This document shows, piece by piece, positions 8,780 through 17,476 of a stretch of 34,721 bases of DNA. This stretch comes from an uncultured bacterium (GTDB lineage Bacteria > Bacteroidota > Bacteroidia > Bacteroidales > JACABE01): NCBI GenBank assembly GCA_903911455.1, contig CAIWDQ010000623.1, positions 1 through 34,721 of the forward strand, read 5' to 3'. Position 1 is the first letter of the stretch, and the number at the start of each line of letters is the position of its first letter. The notes under the pieces were generated by a model, which worked only from the letters and a program-made list of their open reading frames with translations, was not told where the DNA came from and searched no databases. A program made the position numbers and the translations under genes.

Positions 8780-9010
8780 GAGGTCTCAACTTTGTCATTG
8801 GAAGTCTCAACTTCATCAGTGGAGGTCTCGGAAGAGTCATTGGAAGTCTCAACTTCATCAGTGGAGGTCTCGGAAGAGTCATCCGAAGTCTCGGAAGAGT
8901 CATTGGAAGTCTCAACTTCGTTAATGGAAGTCTCAACTTCGTTAGTTGAAGTCTCAACTTCATTAGTGGAAGCCTCAACTTCATCATTGGAAGTCTCGAC
9001 TGCTATTTCA
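8780..9010. repeat. 21-bp tandem array, 11 units, core GA(A/G)GTCTC
   Basis: Cores start at 8780, 8801, 8822, 8843, 8864, 8885, 8906, 8927, 8948, 8969 and 8990, with no indels. Confidence 0.97.
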
Positions 9011-9111
9011 CACCCTTATATCTAATTATGATAAGAATGAAGTTGTGATAATTGTGTAATGTAGCTTAAGCAACTCATATTATCTATTAAAAAACAAGAA
9101 TAATTAACAAC

Positions 9112-9148
9112 AAAAAACCGCTTAACAGTAAAAGAACTATTAAGCGGT
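9112..9148 (-). terminator. Rho-independent terminator of the pyrK-pyrD operon
   Basis: ACCGCTTAACAGT-AAAAGA-ACTATTAAGCGGT preceded by an A run on plus (U tail on minus). Confidence 0.7.
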
Positions 9149-9175
9149 AACATTTTTTCTTTATAAAAATTAATT

Positions 9176-9256
9176 CACTTTAAATCTAAATCATTAAATC
9201 ACAAATTTACTATATCACCAAATCTCTAAATCACCATATCACCAAATCACCAAATA
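9176..9256. repeat. Degenerate 8-bp tandem repeat (ATCACCAA)
   Basis: ...TATCACCAAATCTCTAAATCACCATATCACCAAATCACCAAATAC directly after the pyrD stop codon. Confidence 0.8.
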
Positions 9257-9257
9257 C

Positions 9258-10166
9258 TTATCTTAATCCCCCAATGATATCATAAACAGAGTTATGGCGA
9301 TGTCGACGGAGGTAATCTTCAATACCATCAATAATTTTAACAGATACTGCCGGATCAATGAAGTTAGCGGTACCGATCTGGATAGCAGTAGCTCCGCAAA
9401 GCAGAAATTCAATAGCATCAGTGGCAGTCATAATGCCACCCATACCAATTACAGGTATCTTTACAGCTTTCGAAACTTGCCAAACCATACGTAAAGCAAT
9501 AGGTTTAACGGCAGGGCCTGACAAACCACCTGTTATAGTTGACAAAAGAGGTCTTTTACGTTCGGCATCAATTGCCATCCCTAATAAGGTATTAATTAAA
9601 GAAACCGAATCGGCACCAGCAGCTTCAACAGCCACAGCCATCTCGGCAATATTGGTTACATTTGGCGAAAGCTTCACAATTAAAGTCTTCTTGTAAACTT
9701 CTCGTATCGCTTTTGTTACAGTACTTGCCGAATGGCAACTAGTACCAAAAGCCATACCGCCTTCTTTAACATTAGGACACGAAATATTAAGCTCAATAGC
9801 AGGTATTTTATCCAACTCATTAAGTTTAGATGCCACCTCAATGTACTCTTCAACAGTTGAGCCCGAAACATTAACGATAAAATGAGTATCAATATCCTTG
9901 ATGCGAGGATAAATATCGGAGATAAAGTAATCAACGCCTTTGTTTTGCAATCCAACAGCATTCAGCATTCCCATTGGAGTTTCGGCCATGCGTGGATACG
10001 CGTTGCCTTCGCGATGTGCACCTGTAGTTCCTTTAACAAAAATGCCGCCCAACCTTGCAATATCAAAGAAATCAGTAAACTCTTCGCCGTAACCGAATGT
10101 TCCCGATGCCGTCATCACAGGATTCTTAAGATATAAATCTTTTATAGTAACGCCTAAATCAATCAT
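9258..10166 (-). CDS. pyrD: Dihydroorotate dehydrogenase class 1B, catalytic subunit
   Basis: [27 protein letters not shown] and GGLSG motifs. Confidence 0.97.
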   Translation of the reverse strand: MIDLGVTIKDLYLKNPVMTASGTFGYGEEFTDFFDIARLGGIFVKGTTGAHREGNAYPRMAETPMGMLNAVGLQNKGVDYFISDIYPRIKDIDTHFIVNVSGSTVEEYIEVASKLNELDKIPAIELNISCPNVKEGGMAFGTSCHSASTVTKAIREVYKKTLIVKLSPNVTNIAEMAVAVEAAGADSVSLINTLLGMAIDAERKRPLLSTITGGLSGPAVKPIALRMVWQVSKAVKIPVIGMGGIMTATDAIEFLLCGATAIQIGTANFIDPAVSVKIIDGIEDYLRRHRHNSVYDIIGGLR

Positions 10167-10178
10167 ACTAATGTTTTA

Positions 10179-10955
10179 TTAAATCCAACCAACCAGCTCT
10201 TTAGAATTATAAATCGGTCCTTCGGTACATGTACATTTATTACCATGTCGGGTCTCAACCACACAACACAAACAAGCACCTATGCCACAAGCCATCATGT
10301 TCTCAAGCGAAACTTCACAAGGTTTGCCATGTAGAACTGCAAATCTTGAGATAGCTTTCATCATAGCCAGTGGGCCACAGGTATATACCATTGAATACTC
10401 AAACTTTTTAGCTTTAAACAAACTGTGTTCGGTAACCAAACCTCTCTCACCCAAAGAACCATCCATTGTAGTGATGAAAACATCACCATATTTACGATAT
10501 TCATCTGGCTCAATGATGTCTCCCTTGCTTGCACCACCAATCAAAGTAGTAACTTTATAATTTCTTTCGGATAAATATCTTGAAAGATATAATAAAGGAG
10601 CAATACCACAACCACCTCCTACTAAAAGCAGGTTGTCTTCGTGTGGTTTGCTGAACCAATTGCCTAATGGATAGATAATATTCAATTTCTCGCCACTCTT
10701 AATATGACTTAAAGTATTGGTACCCTCACCTAACTTCTGTATAAGTAGCTTAATAGTGTTTTCTTCGGTATTAATGTCGTGTATAGAAATAGGACGACGC
10801 AGAAAAACATTTTTATTCCCCTTAATCTCCACCTGAACAAACTGTCCGGGAATGATTTCGGGTAGCACATCGGGTGCTTTGAGTTCTAATATATAATAAT
10901 GAGTGTTGATGTTTCGTCGTCCAACAACCAACATATCGTGAATAAACTTCTTCAT
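10179..10955 (-). CDS. pyrK: Dihydroorotate dehydrogenase electron transfer subunit
   Basis: LRRPIS, GGGCGIAP, CGP and MACGIGACLCC...CTEGP 2Fe-2S motif; adjacent to pyrD. Confidence 0.95.
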   Translation of the reverse strand: MKKFIHDMLVVGRRNINTHYYILELKAPDVLPEIIPGQFVQVEIKGNKNVFLRRPISIHDINTEENTIKLLIQKLGEGTNTLSHIKSGEKLNIIYPLGNWFSKPHEDNLLLVGGGCGIAPLLYLSRYLSERNYKVTTLIGGASKGDIIEPDEYRKYGDVFITTMDGSLGERGLVTEHSLFKAKKFEYSMVYTCGPLAMMKAISRFAVLHGKPCEVSLENMMACGIGACLCCVVETRHGNKCTCTEGPIYNSKELVGWI

Positions 10956-10985
10956 TTAATAATATTTAGTAAAAATAATAATAGA

Positions 10986-11447
10986 TTACATCCCTCTGTT
11001 TCTTCCACTTATTTCTTCAATATTAACAACAAAACAAACAACATTTTTAATAGCCGGAGCCGAATATTCAAATGTCTTGTTGGTATATTTAAGCATTACT
11101 TTGTTCATCATATCAATCTTCTTCTCAATATCCTCTTCAAAAACTACCTTACCACTTACAACAACGCTCTTGTATAACATACTATAACTACATGCAACAG
11201 TCTCATGCTGATGAAAAAGCTTATGCCCGATACTAAAAGCAATGCATACATCAGGATTTTCTCTGAGAATCTCTAATTTCTTACCATAATTACCTGAATG
11301 CAAATAGATCTTGTTGTTTTCGTAAGCAAAATTATAAGGCAACACATAAGGCTTGCCTTCCTTATCAATCATACTTAAATAACAAACCTCACACGTATTG
11401 ATAACTTCCTCCAGTTCGCTATGTTTCTCAATTACTGTAGTCTTCAT
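10986..11447 (-). CDS. Pyridoxamine 5'-phosphate oxidase-like flavin-binding protein (Nim-like)
   Basis: PYVLPYNF, IYLHSGNYGKK, NPDVC and YKSVVVSG pattern. Confidence 0.85.
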   Translation of the reverse strand: MKTTVIEKHSELEEVINTCEVCYLSMIDKEGKPYVLPYNFAYENNKIYLHSGNYGKKLEILRENPDVCIAFSIGHKLFHQHETVACSYSMLYKSVVVSGKVVFEEDIEKKIDMMNKVMLKYTNKTFEYSAPAIKNVVCFVVNIEEISGRNRGM

Positions 11448-11818
11448 TCTTTATATTTTTTAATAACAACCTTGCCGGATTTAAGTTTATCAGGCAATTC
11501 TAATACAAAAGTGATTAGTGATAGTATAATACTGAATAAAATTGCTGTTCCAAAGCTCCGAACTTCAAAATCTTTGACAATATATGAAGTAAGTTCAATC
11601 ATAAATGCATTAAGTATTAGTAAAAATAATCCCAGAGTAAATATTGTTGCAGGTATTGTTAGTATTAACAGTAATGGTTTCAGGAAAGTATTTAGTAACG
11701 AAAGTACAACCGCAACAATGATTGCTGTGATAAAATTGGGCACATATATACCCGGGAGTAGCTTTGCTGTGATGACAACAGCAAAAGATGTAACTATTAT
11801 TTTATAGATAAATTTCAT
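11444..11818 (-). CDS. 4-TM membrane protein (YvlD/DUF360, 'phage holin family')
   Basis: LNTFLKPLL...TIPATIFTLGLFLLILNA signature. Confidence 0.9.
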   Translation of the reverse strand: MKFIYKIIVTSFAVVITAKLLPGIYVPNFITAIIVAVVLSLLNTFLKPLLLILTIPATIFTLGLFLLILNAFMIELTSYIVKDFEVRSFGTAILFSIILSLITFVLELPDKLKSGKVVIKKYKE

Positions 11819-12072
11819 AATATTATGTATTTACTGTCTTTAATTGCTTAAAGAACTTGTTAAAATAATTCTGTACAAAACTAATAATTTTTCATGATTT
11901 AAAAGAGATAAAATTAAATAGTTTAATTTAAGCGATCTTGTTTTTATTTATCAATACAATATTCTTTAACAAATTAAGTTCTTATTAACAAATGACTGTT
12001 CAAAAATAAGTTGAAAAGATAGTTTTACTATCAGTATAAAGTACTAATTTTAAGAACTAAAATAATGTAACA

Positions 12073-12801
12073 ATGATTGGAATAATTTTGCAAATAACAC
12101 AAGCCGCAACTAACGTTGGGGACACCATTAACAAAGTAGCAAATCAAGTGGTTAATACTCCAGTGGCACCACCAAAAGAGGAAGCAATTACAATAATGAA
12201 CCTCGTAATAAAAGGTGGCTGGATAATGATACCAATCGTTATTTTGTCGTTAATTACAGTATATGTTTTTATAGAAAGATATATTGCGATTAAAAAAGCG
12301 TCAAGAGAAGAAGCTAATTTCATGAATAATATTCGTGATTTTATAGTAAATGATCGCCTTGATTCTGCAACAGCTTTGTGTAAATCAACCGACAGTCCTA
12401 TTGCCCGTATGACAGAAAAAGGATTGTCACGTTTAGGTCGTCCGCTTAAAGATATTGAAGAATCAATTGAGATAGTCGGTAAGTTTGAGGTATATAAACT
12501 TGAAAAGAACCTTGCTATCCTTGCAATTATTGCAGGTATAGCACCTATGTTCGGGTTTATCGGAACAATTATCGGTGTAATTAAGATCTTCCACGACATT
12601 TCCATAGCAGGAGATGTAAGTATTTCAAGTGTTTCGGCAGGACTTTATACTAAGATGGTGTCAAGTGCTTCGGGACTTATTGTTGGTATCGTAGCTTTTG
12701 TATGCTATCATTGGTTGAGTATAATGATAGAAAAGATTGTTCAGAAAATGGAATACAATGCGATGAACTTTATTGATTTCTTACAAGAACCAACACGATG
12801 A
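12073..12801 (+). CDS. exbB: MotA/TolQ/ExbB proton channel
   Basis: KGGWIMIP, APMFGFIGTIIG and TM3 SASGLIVGI motifs. Confidence 0.92.
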   Translation: MIGIILQITQAATNVGDTINKVANQVVNTPVAPPKEEAITIMNLVIKGGWIMIPIVILSLITVYVFIERYIAIKKASREEANFMNNIRDFIVNDRLDSATALCKSTDSPIARMTEKGLSRLGRPLKDIEESIEIVGKFEVYKLEKNLAILAIIAGIAPMFGFIGTIIGVIKIFHDISIAGDVSISSVSAGLYTKMVSSASGLIVGIVAFVCYHWLSIMIEKIVQKMEYNAMNFIDFLQEPTR

Positions 12802-13208
12802 AACTTCGCAGGAAAAATAAAACAACAATAGAAGTAGCCACATCTTCAATGAACGACATCATGTTCTTCCTGATGTTGTTCTTCTTGATTATGTCTACTT
12901 TGCTTAATCCGAATGTGATTAAGCTATCGTTGCCAAGTTCACAGCATCCGGGTAGAGTTAACACTAAAGAAATAAGTTTATCGGTTACTAAAGAGATGAA
13001 TTACTTTATTAACAACAGACAGATTCCTTTTAGTAATCTGGAAGCAGAGTTGATTACAGAACTTAAAGGTGCACAAGAAGCAACAGTTATACTTCGTTGT
13101 GATAACTCTCTTACGGTTCAGAATCTAGTGGATGTATTGGAGATTGGAAATAAGTTAAGGGTAAAGATGATACTTGCAACTAAAGCATCAAATGGAACAA
13201 AGAACTGA
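12798..13208 (+). CDS. exbD: ExbD/TolR biopolymer transport protein
   Basis: SSMNDIMFFLMLFF TM segment with the conserved Asp; ATGA overlap with exbB. Confidence 0.92.
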   Translation: MKLRRKNKTTIEVATSSMNDIMFFLMLFFLIMSTLLNPNVIKLSLPSSQHPGRVNTKEISLSVTKEMNYFINNRQIPFSNLEAELITELKGAQEATVILRCDNSLTVQNLVDVLEIGNKLRVKMILATKASNGTKN

Positions 13209-14109
13209 TAGTAAAGACGTCAAACGCCAAATACTGGGAGTTTCAGGAACGATCTTCTTTCATGCGTTGCTGATACTCTTACTATGGCTTGCTGTTCTTA
13301 AAACTCCTATCCCACCTTGGCCTGATGCAGGTGGAGGAGGCGGTGGCTTAGGTATTGAAGTTAACCTTGGCAACTCTGATAACGGTATGGGAATAAGTGA
13401 AGCTAACATTGCTTTCCCAGAGTTCAAAGAACAGGCACAGAATATTATCAATCCTGATCCGGTTGATTTAAAATCTCCTATTAAAGACAATCAGGAGAAT
13501 ATTATTACAGATGAAACAAGCACTGACAATGCTACTTCGTTAAAAACTAATAAAGAGAAAACTAATAAAAAGGTTGAAGTTAAGCACGACGAAGTTAAGA
13601 TTAATCAGAATGCTTTGTTTACTAAAACTAAAGGCGACGGCACTACCAATAAACAAGGCAATCAGGGTGATCCTAACGGTAATCCTAATAGTAAGAACTA
13701 TACTAAAGGAGGTGGTTCAGGTACAGGCCAGGGAACTGGAAATGGTTCGGGTATTGGTCCGGGTAATGGTTCAGGAACAGGTGGCGGGACTGGTTCAGGT
13801 GTAGGTACTGGTACAGGTCCTGGTAAGGGCCCTGGTATTTCTTATAGTTTATCTGGCAGGTCTAATAAATCTTTACCACATCCTAATTATAATTCTAATA
13901 GTAACGGAACTGTTGTTGTTAAAATATGGGTGAATAAAAATGGTCAGGTTACGCGAGTTCAGGAAGGTGTAAGTGGCACTACTACAACTGATCAGAATTT
14001 ATGGGCTCAGGCTCGGATTGCTGCTTTAAAAGCTACATTTAGTTCGGATGCTAATGCTCCTGAAGAACAAACCGGAACAATTACGTATCGTTTTATTCAT
14101 CAAAACTAA
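13192..14109 (+). CDS. TonB-family energy transducer with Gly-rich linker
   Basis: N-terminal TM with T-x3-H (TIFFH), G(S/T)G repeats and a C-terminal domain GTVVVKIWVNKNGQV...GTITYRF. ATG 13192 is preferred over the TTG at 13174. Confidence 0.88.
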   Translation: MEQRTDSKDVKRQILGVSGTIFFHALLILLLWLAVLKTPIPPWPDAGGGGGGLGIEVNLGNSDNGMGISEANIAFPEFKEQAQNIINPDPVDLKSPIKDNQENIITDETSTDNATSLKTNKEKTNKKVEVKHDEVKINQNALFTKTKGDGTTNKQGNQGDPNGNPNSKNYTKGGGSGTGQGTGNGSGIGPGNGSGTGGGTGSGVGTGTGPGKGPGISYSLSGRSNKSLPHPNYNSNSNGTVVVKIWVNKNGQVTRVQEGVSGTTTTDQNLWAQARIAALKATFSSDANAPEEQTGTITYRFIHQN

Positions 14110-14160
14110 GCTCCTTTTCATTTATTTATCTTACTTTTGCCTTTGTAATTAAATTCAACA

Positions 14161-15450
14161 ATGGATTACAAAGAATCACTGGAATATATGTTCAATCAGT
14201 TCCCTATGTTTCATCGCGTGGGTGCTGCTGCTTACAAGGCTAATCTTGACAATACAATTGCCTTGCTTTCTCTTTTAAATAATCCTCAACATAAGTTCAA
14301 AAGCATACACATTGCCGGTACTAACGGCAAAGGTTCTGTATCTCATTACATGGCAGCCATACTTCAGAGTGCAGGTTATAAGACAGGTTTATATACTTCT
14401 CCACATCTAAAAGACTTTAGGGAGCGTATTAAGATAAATGGTGTTATGATAGATGAGCAAAAGGTTTGTGAGTTTATTAATGCTTATTATAATGACTTTA
14501 ATGAATTAAAACCTTCCTTTTTTGAGATGACCGTGGGAATGGCTTTTCAATATTTTGCAAATGAAAATGTAGAAATTGCAGTCATTGAGACAGGTCTTGG
14601 TGGTCGTCTTGATTCTACTAATATTATTATTCCCGAACTCTCTATTATTACTAATATTAGTTTTGATCATACACAGTTTCTTGGTGATACTTTAGATAAG
14701 ATAGCTTCTGAAAAGGCAGGTATTATAAAGCCTGGGATTAATGTTGTAATTGGTGAAACACATCCCGAAACTAAGGATGTATTTATTAATAAAGCTTTGC
14801 AAGAGTATTCTCCAATTGTCTTTGCTGATGAAAAGTATAAGATATTAAGTCATTCTTTTAATGATAATAATTATCTTGAAGTTTTGGTTAAAGATATTAA
14901 TAATAATGTTGAATTTAAAGTTGAATCAGGTTTAAAAGGTATTTATCAGCTTAAAAACATTATTACTACATTAACTGCTATTGATTTTCTTAAAGATAAA
15001 TTCAATTTAATTAATGATGATACTATTTATAAAGGTATTAAAGATGTTGTGGAGCTTACTGGTCTGATGGGGCGGTGGCAATGCCTTACTACTAATCCTC
15101 TTACTATCTGTGATATCGCTCATAATGTTGATGGTATAAAAGAAGTTTTAAGTCAGATAAAAACTGTAACTCATCATCAATTACATTTTGTGTTGGGGAT
15201 GGTTAATGATAAAGATATTGATAATGTATTAGAGCTTTTACCTAAAGATGCTGTTTATTATTTCTGTAAAGCAGATATTCCACGTGGTCTTGATCAATAT
15301 ATTTTACAAGAAAAAGCTATTGCAAAACAACTTAAAGGTACTGTTTATAATTCAGTTAAAGATGCATTGAAAGCTGCTCAACATTCTGCCAAAGCTAACG
15401 ATCTTGTTTTTGTAGGAGGAAGTACTTTTGTTGTTGCTGAAATAGTTTAA
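14161..15450 (+). CDS. folC: Bifunctional folylpolyglutamate synthase/dihydrofolate synthase
   Basis: HIAGTNGKGS, YTSPHL, ETGLGGRLDSTN and DIAHN motifs; TACTTTTG at 14132-14139. Confidence 0.97.
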   Translation: MDYKESLEYMFNQFPMFHRVGAAAYKANLDNTIALLSLLNNPQHKFKSIHIAGTNGKGSVSHYMAAILQSAGYKTGLYTSPHLKDFRERIKINGVMIDEQKVCEFINAYYNDFNELKPSFFEMTVGMAFQYFANENVEIAVIETGLGGRLDSTNIIIPELSIITNISFDHTQFLGDTLDKIASEKAGIIKPGINVVIGETHPETKDVFINKALQEYSPIVFADEKYKILSHSFNDNNYLEVLVKDINNNVEFKVESGLKGIYQLKNIITTLTAIDFLKDKFNLINDDTIYKGIKDVVELTGLMGRWQCLTTNPLTICDIAHNVDGIKEVLSQIKTVTHHQLHFVLGMVNDKDIDNVLELLPKDAVYYFCKADIPRGLDQYILQEKAIAKQLKGTVYNSVKDALKAAQHSAKANDLVFVGGSTFVVAEIV

Positions 15451-15489
15451 GGGATTATTAGTAATGTTATTTAATAAAGGTAAAACAAT

Positions 15490-15520
15490 TTTGGTAAGAA
15501 TAAAAAAAGTAGTATCTTTG
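15490..15520 (+). promoter_or_regulatory. Consensus Bacteroidota -33/-7 promoter of tRNA-Leu
   Basis: TTTG (15490-15493), 19-nt spacer, TATCTTTG (15513-15520). Confidence 0.75.
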
Positions 15521-15538
15521 CAGTCTGAAATCTTAAGA

Positions 15539-15620
15539 GCGGATGTGGCGTAATTGGTAGCCGCGCCAGACTTAGGATCTGGTGTCGAGAGACGTGGGGG
15601 TTCGAGTCCCTTCATCCGCA
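15539..15620 (+). tRNA. tRNA-Leu (anticodon TAG)
   Basis: Acceptor stem GCGGATG/CATCCGC plus discriminator A, anticodon arm CCAGA-CTTAGGA-TCTGG, long variable arm, T-loop TTCGAGT; CCA not encoded. Confidence 0.97.
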
Positions 15621-15631
15621 CACAATCAATG

Positions 15632-15659
15632 AAAAAGCCTGCAATTGCGGGTTTTTTTT
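15632..15659. terminator. Bidirectional Rho-independent terminator
   Basis: AAAAAGCCTGCAATTGCGGGTTTTTTTT between the convergent tRNA and DUF3127 genes. Confidence 0.8.
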
Positions 15660-15712
15660 ATTTTAAATATATTCTAAGGATTTTAAATTACACCTTATTT
15701 TATTATTATTGA

Positions 15713-16060
15713 TTAAAATGGTAAGTCATCTTCCTCAATATAAGGTACTCTATCTATTTCGGGAGGTGCTTCTATACCTTGATTTGATGGTTCTTTAGAT
15801 TCCTTTTTAATCATCCATGCTCTGGCTTCAGTAAACCACTTTCCATTATATTCTTTACTCTCTATGTCAAAAGAAACCACAACATTATCTCCCACAACAG
15901 CATCTAGTTTGTCAATTTTATCACCCCATAAAGTAAAGCAAACCTTTTTAGGATATTGAGCATTAGTTTCAACTACGAAGTCTTGTTTCTTCCAAACTCC
16001 GTTTTTACCTTCACCTGATACTATCTGATTTTTAAGTATCATCTTACCTGTTACTTCCAT
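15713..16060 (-). CDS. DUF3127-family protein (OB-fold-like, SSB-type DDLPF tail)
   Basis: WKKQDFVVET..QYPKKVCF, FDIESKEYNGKWFT and a terminal EEDDLPF. Confidence 0.88.
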   Translation of the reverse strand: MEVTGKMILKNQIVSGEGKNGVWKKQDFVVETNAQYPKKVCFTLWGDKIDKLDAVVGDNVVVSFDIESKEYNGKWFTEARAWMIKKESKEPSNQGIEAPPEIDRVPYIEEDDLPF

Positions 16061-16078
16061 ATATTTAATTTATTCTTT

Positions 16079-16729
16079 TTATTGATTAAAAACATATCTA
16101 ATTATATTCGCACCCATCTTTAAAGCCTGTGTCCTCTTGGCTTCCGAATCCTTATGAACATCCTGATCTTCCCAACCATCACCTAAATCAGTTTCATATG
16201 AATAATATACAATAAGTCTACCTTTATAAATCAAACCAAAACCCTGTGGTCGTTTACCATCATGCTCATGTATCTTAGGCAATCCATTTGGGAAATCATA
16301 TTTCTGATGAAAGATAGGATGATTAAATGGTAACTCAACTAAATCAAGTTCAGGGAATAGCTTTTTTAACTGTGGACGAATAAATTTATCCATACCATAG
16401 TTATCATCAATATGTAAGAATCCTCCACCTATTAAATAGGTACGAAGATTCTCCATTTCTCTATCCGAAAACACAACATTCCCATGGCCGGTCATATGCA
16501 AGAAAGGATAATTAAAGATCTCAGAACTCCCAACATCAACTGTCGCATATTCAGGGTTTATATTTGTGCCAATATTATCATTGCAAAACTTAATAAGATT
16601 AGTTAATGAAGTTGGATTAGCATACCAGTCGCCACCTCCATTATATTTGAGCAATGCAATTTGGAACGAGGGTGTATTAAAGGATGTAAGTGATATAAAT
16701 AGTATTACAAAAAGAAATATCTTTTTCAT
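16079..16729 (-). CDS. DUF4159-family exported protein
   Basis: Signal peptide; GGGDWYANP, MTGHG, GGFLHIDDNYG and DLGDGWED motifs. Confidence 0.88.
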   Translation of the reverse strand: MKKIFLFVILFISLTSFNTPSFQIALLKYNGGGDWYANPTSLTNLIKFCNDNIGTNINPEYATVDVGSSEIFNYPFLHMTGHGNVVFSDREMENLRTYLIGGGFLHIDDNYGMDKFIRPQLKKLFPELDLVELPFNHPIFHQKYDFPNGLPKIHEHDGKRPQGFGLIYKGRLIVYYSYETDLGDGWEDQDVHKDSEAKRTQALKMGANIIRYVFNQ

Positions 16730-16735
16730 TAATGG

Positions 16736-17449
16736 TTATTCATTTAAAAAATTTATAGAATGACAAGCCACTAAAGCAGCTGTTTCTGTCCTTAAACGTG
16801 CTTTACCCAAAGTTATTATTTTAAAACCATTTTCTATTGCCAGTGCAACTTCTTTTGGACTAAAATCTCCTTCAGGACCAATCAATATCAAAGCATCTTT
16901 TTTCTTTTTATAACATTGTTTTATTGATAAGCGTTCACTCATATCATCATCACAATAAGCTATATACTTCTCACCTGAATAAGTTTTAGTTGATTTAATA
17001 AAATCCTTAAACTTAACAATTGTATTTAACTTTGGATGATATGCTTTGATGGATTGTTTAACAGCAGATGTAACTATTTTGTTCAGTCTGTCAGTATTAA
17101 TTACAGTTCGTTCGGAGTGCTCACAATTAAGGAAGCTTACTTCATCAATACCTATCTCTGTTGCTTTCTCCATAAACCATTCAACACGTGATATATTCTT
17201 AGTTGGAGCCATTGCAATATGCAGATTAAAGTTCCTCTTCTCATAATCATGTATTGTTTCCTTTATTTCTACAATACAGCACTTTGGACTATCATCTATA
17301 AGAATTGCATGAAAAAGATTCCCTTTCCCATCTGTTAAATGTATAGCACTCCCTATTTTTAGCCTTAATACATTTACACAATGTGTTGATTCATCCTTAC
17401 TAAGTGTATGTAAACTTGAAGTAATTTCAGGCGAATAGAATAAATTCAT
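16736..17449 (-). CDS. rsmE: 16S rRNA m3U1498 methyltransferase
   Basis: HCVNVLR, EKATEIG, IGPEGDFS and LRTETA motifs. Confidence 0.96.
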   Translation of the reverse strand: MNLFYSPEITSSLHTLSKDESTHCVNVLRLKIGSAIHLTDGKGNLFHAILIDDSPKCCIVEIKETIHDYEKRNFNLHIAMAPTKNISRVEWFMEKATEIGIDEVSFLNCEHSERTVINTDRLNKIVTSAVKQSIKAYHPKLNTIVKFKDFIKSTKTYSGEKYIAYCDDDMSERLSIKQCYKKKKDALILIGPEGDFSPKEVALAIENGFKIITLGKARLRTETAALVACHSINFLNE

Positions 17450-17476
17450 TTAATTATATTGTTTTCTTTTTATAGA

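Noticed and set aside
8667-9025. ORFs 8667-8987 (-) and 8792-9025 (+)
   Set aside because: Both start inside the 21-bp array and are open mainly because the period is a multiple of three; not called as genes.
11444-11818. Prophage suggested by the holin-family gene
   Set aside because: The family is common on chromosomes, and no endolysin, structural or integrase genes are nearby.
15352-15621. 89-aa minus-strand ORF MRMKGLEPPRL...
   Set aside because: Typical antisense translation of the tRNA-Leu gene.
15539-15720. Integrative element at tRNA-Leu
   Set aside because: No integrase, no duplicated tRNA 3' end seen, and housekeeping genes on both sides.
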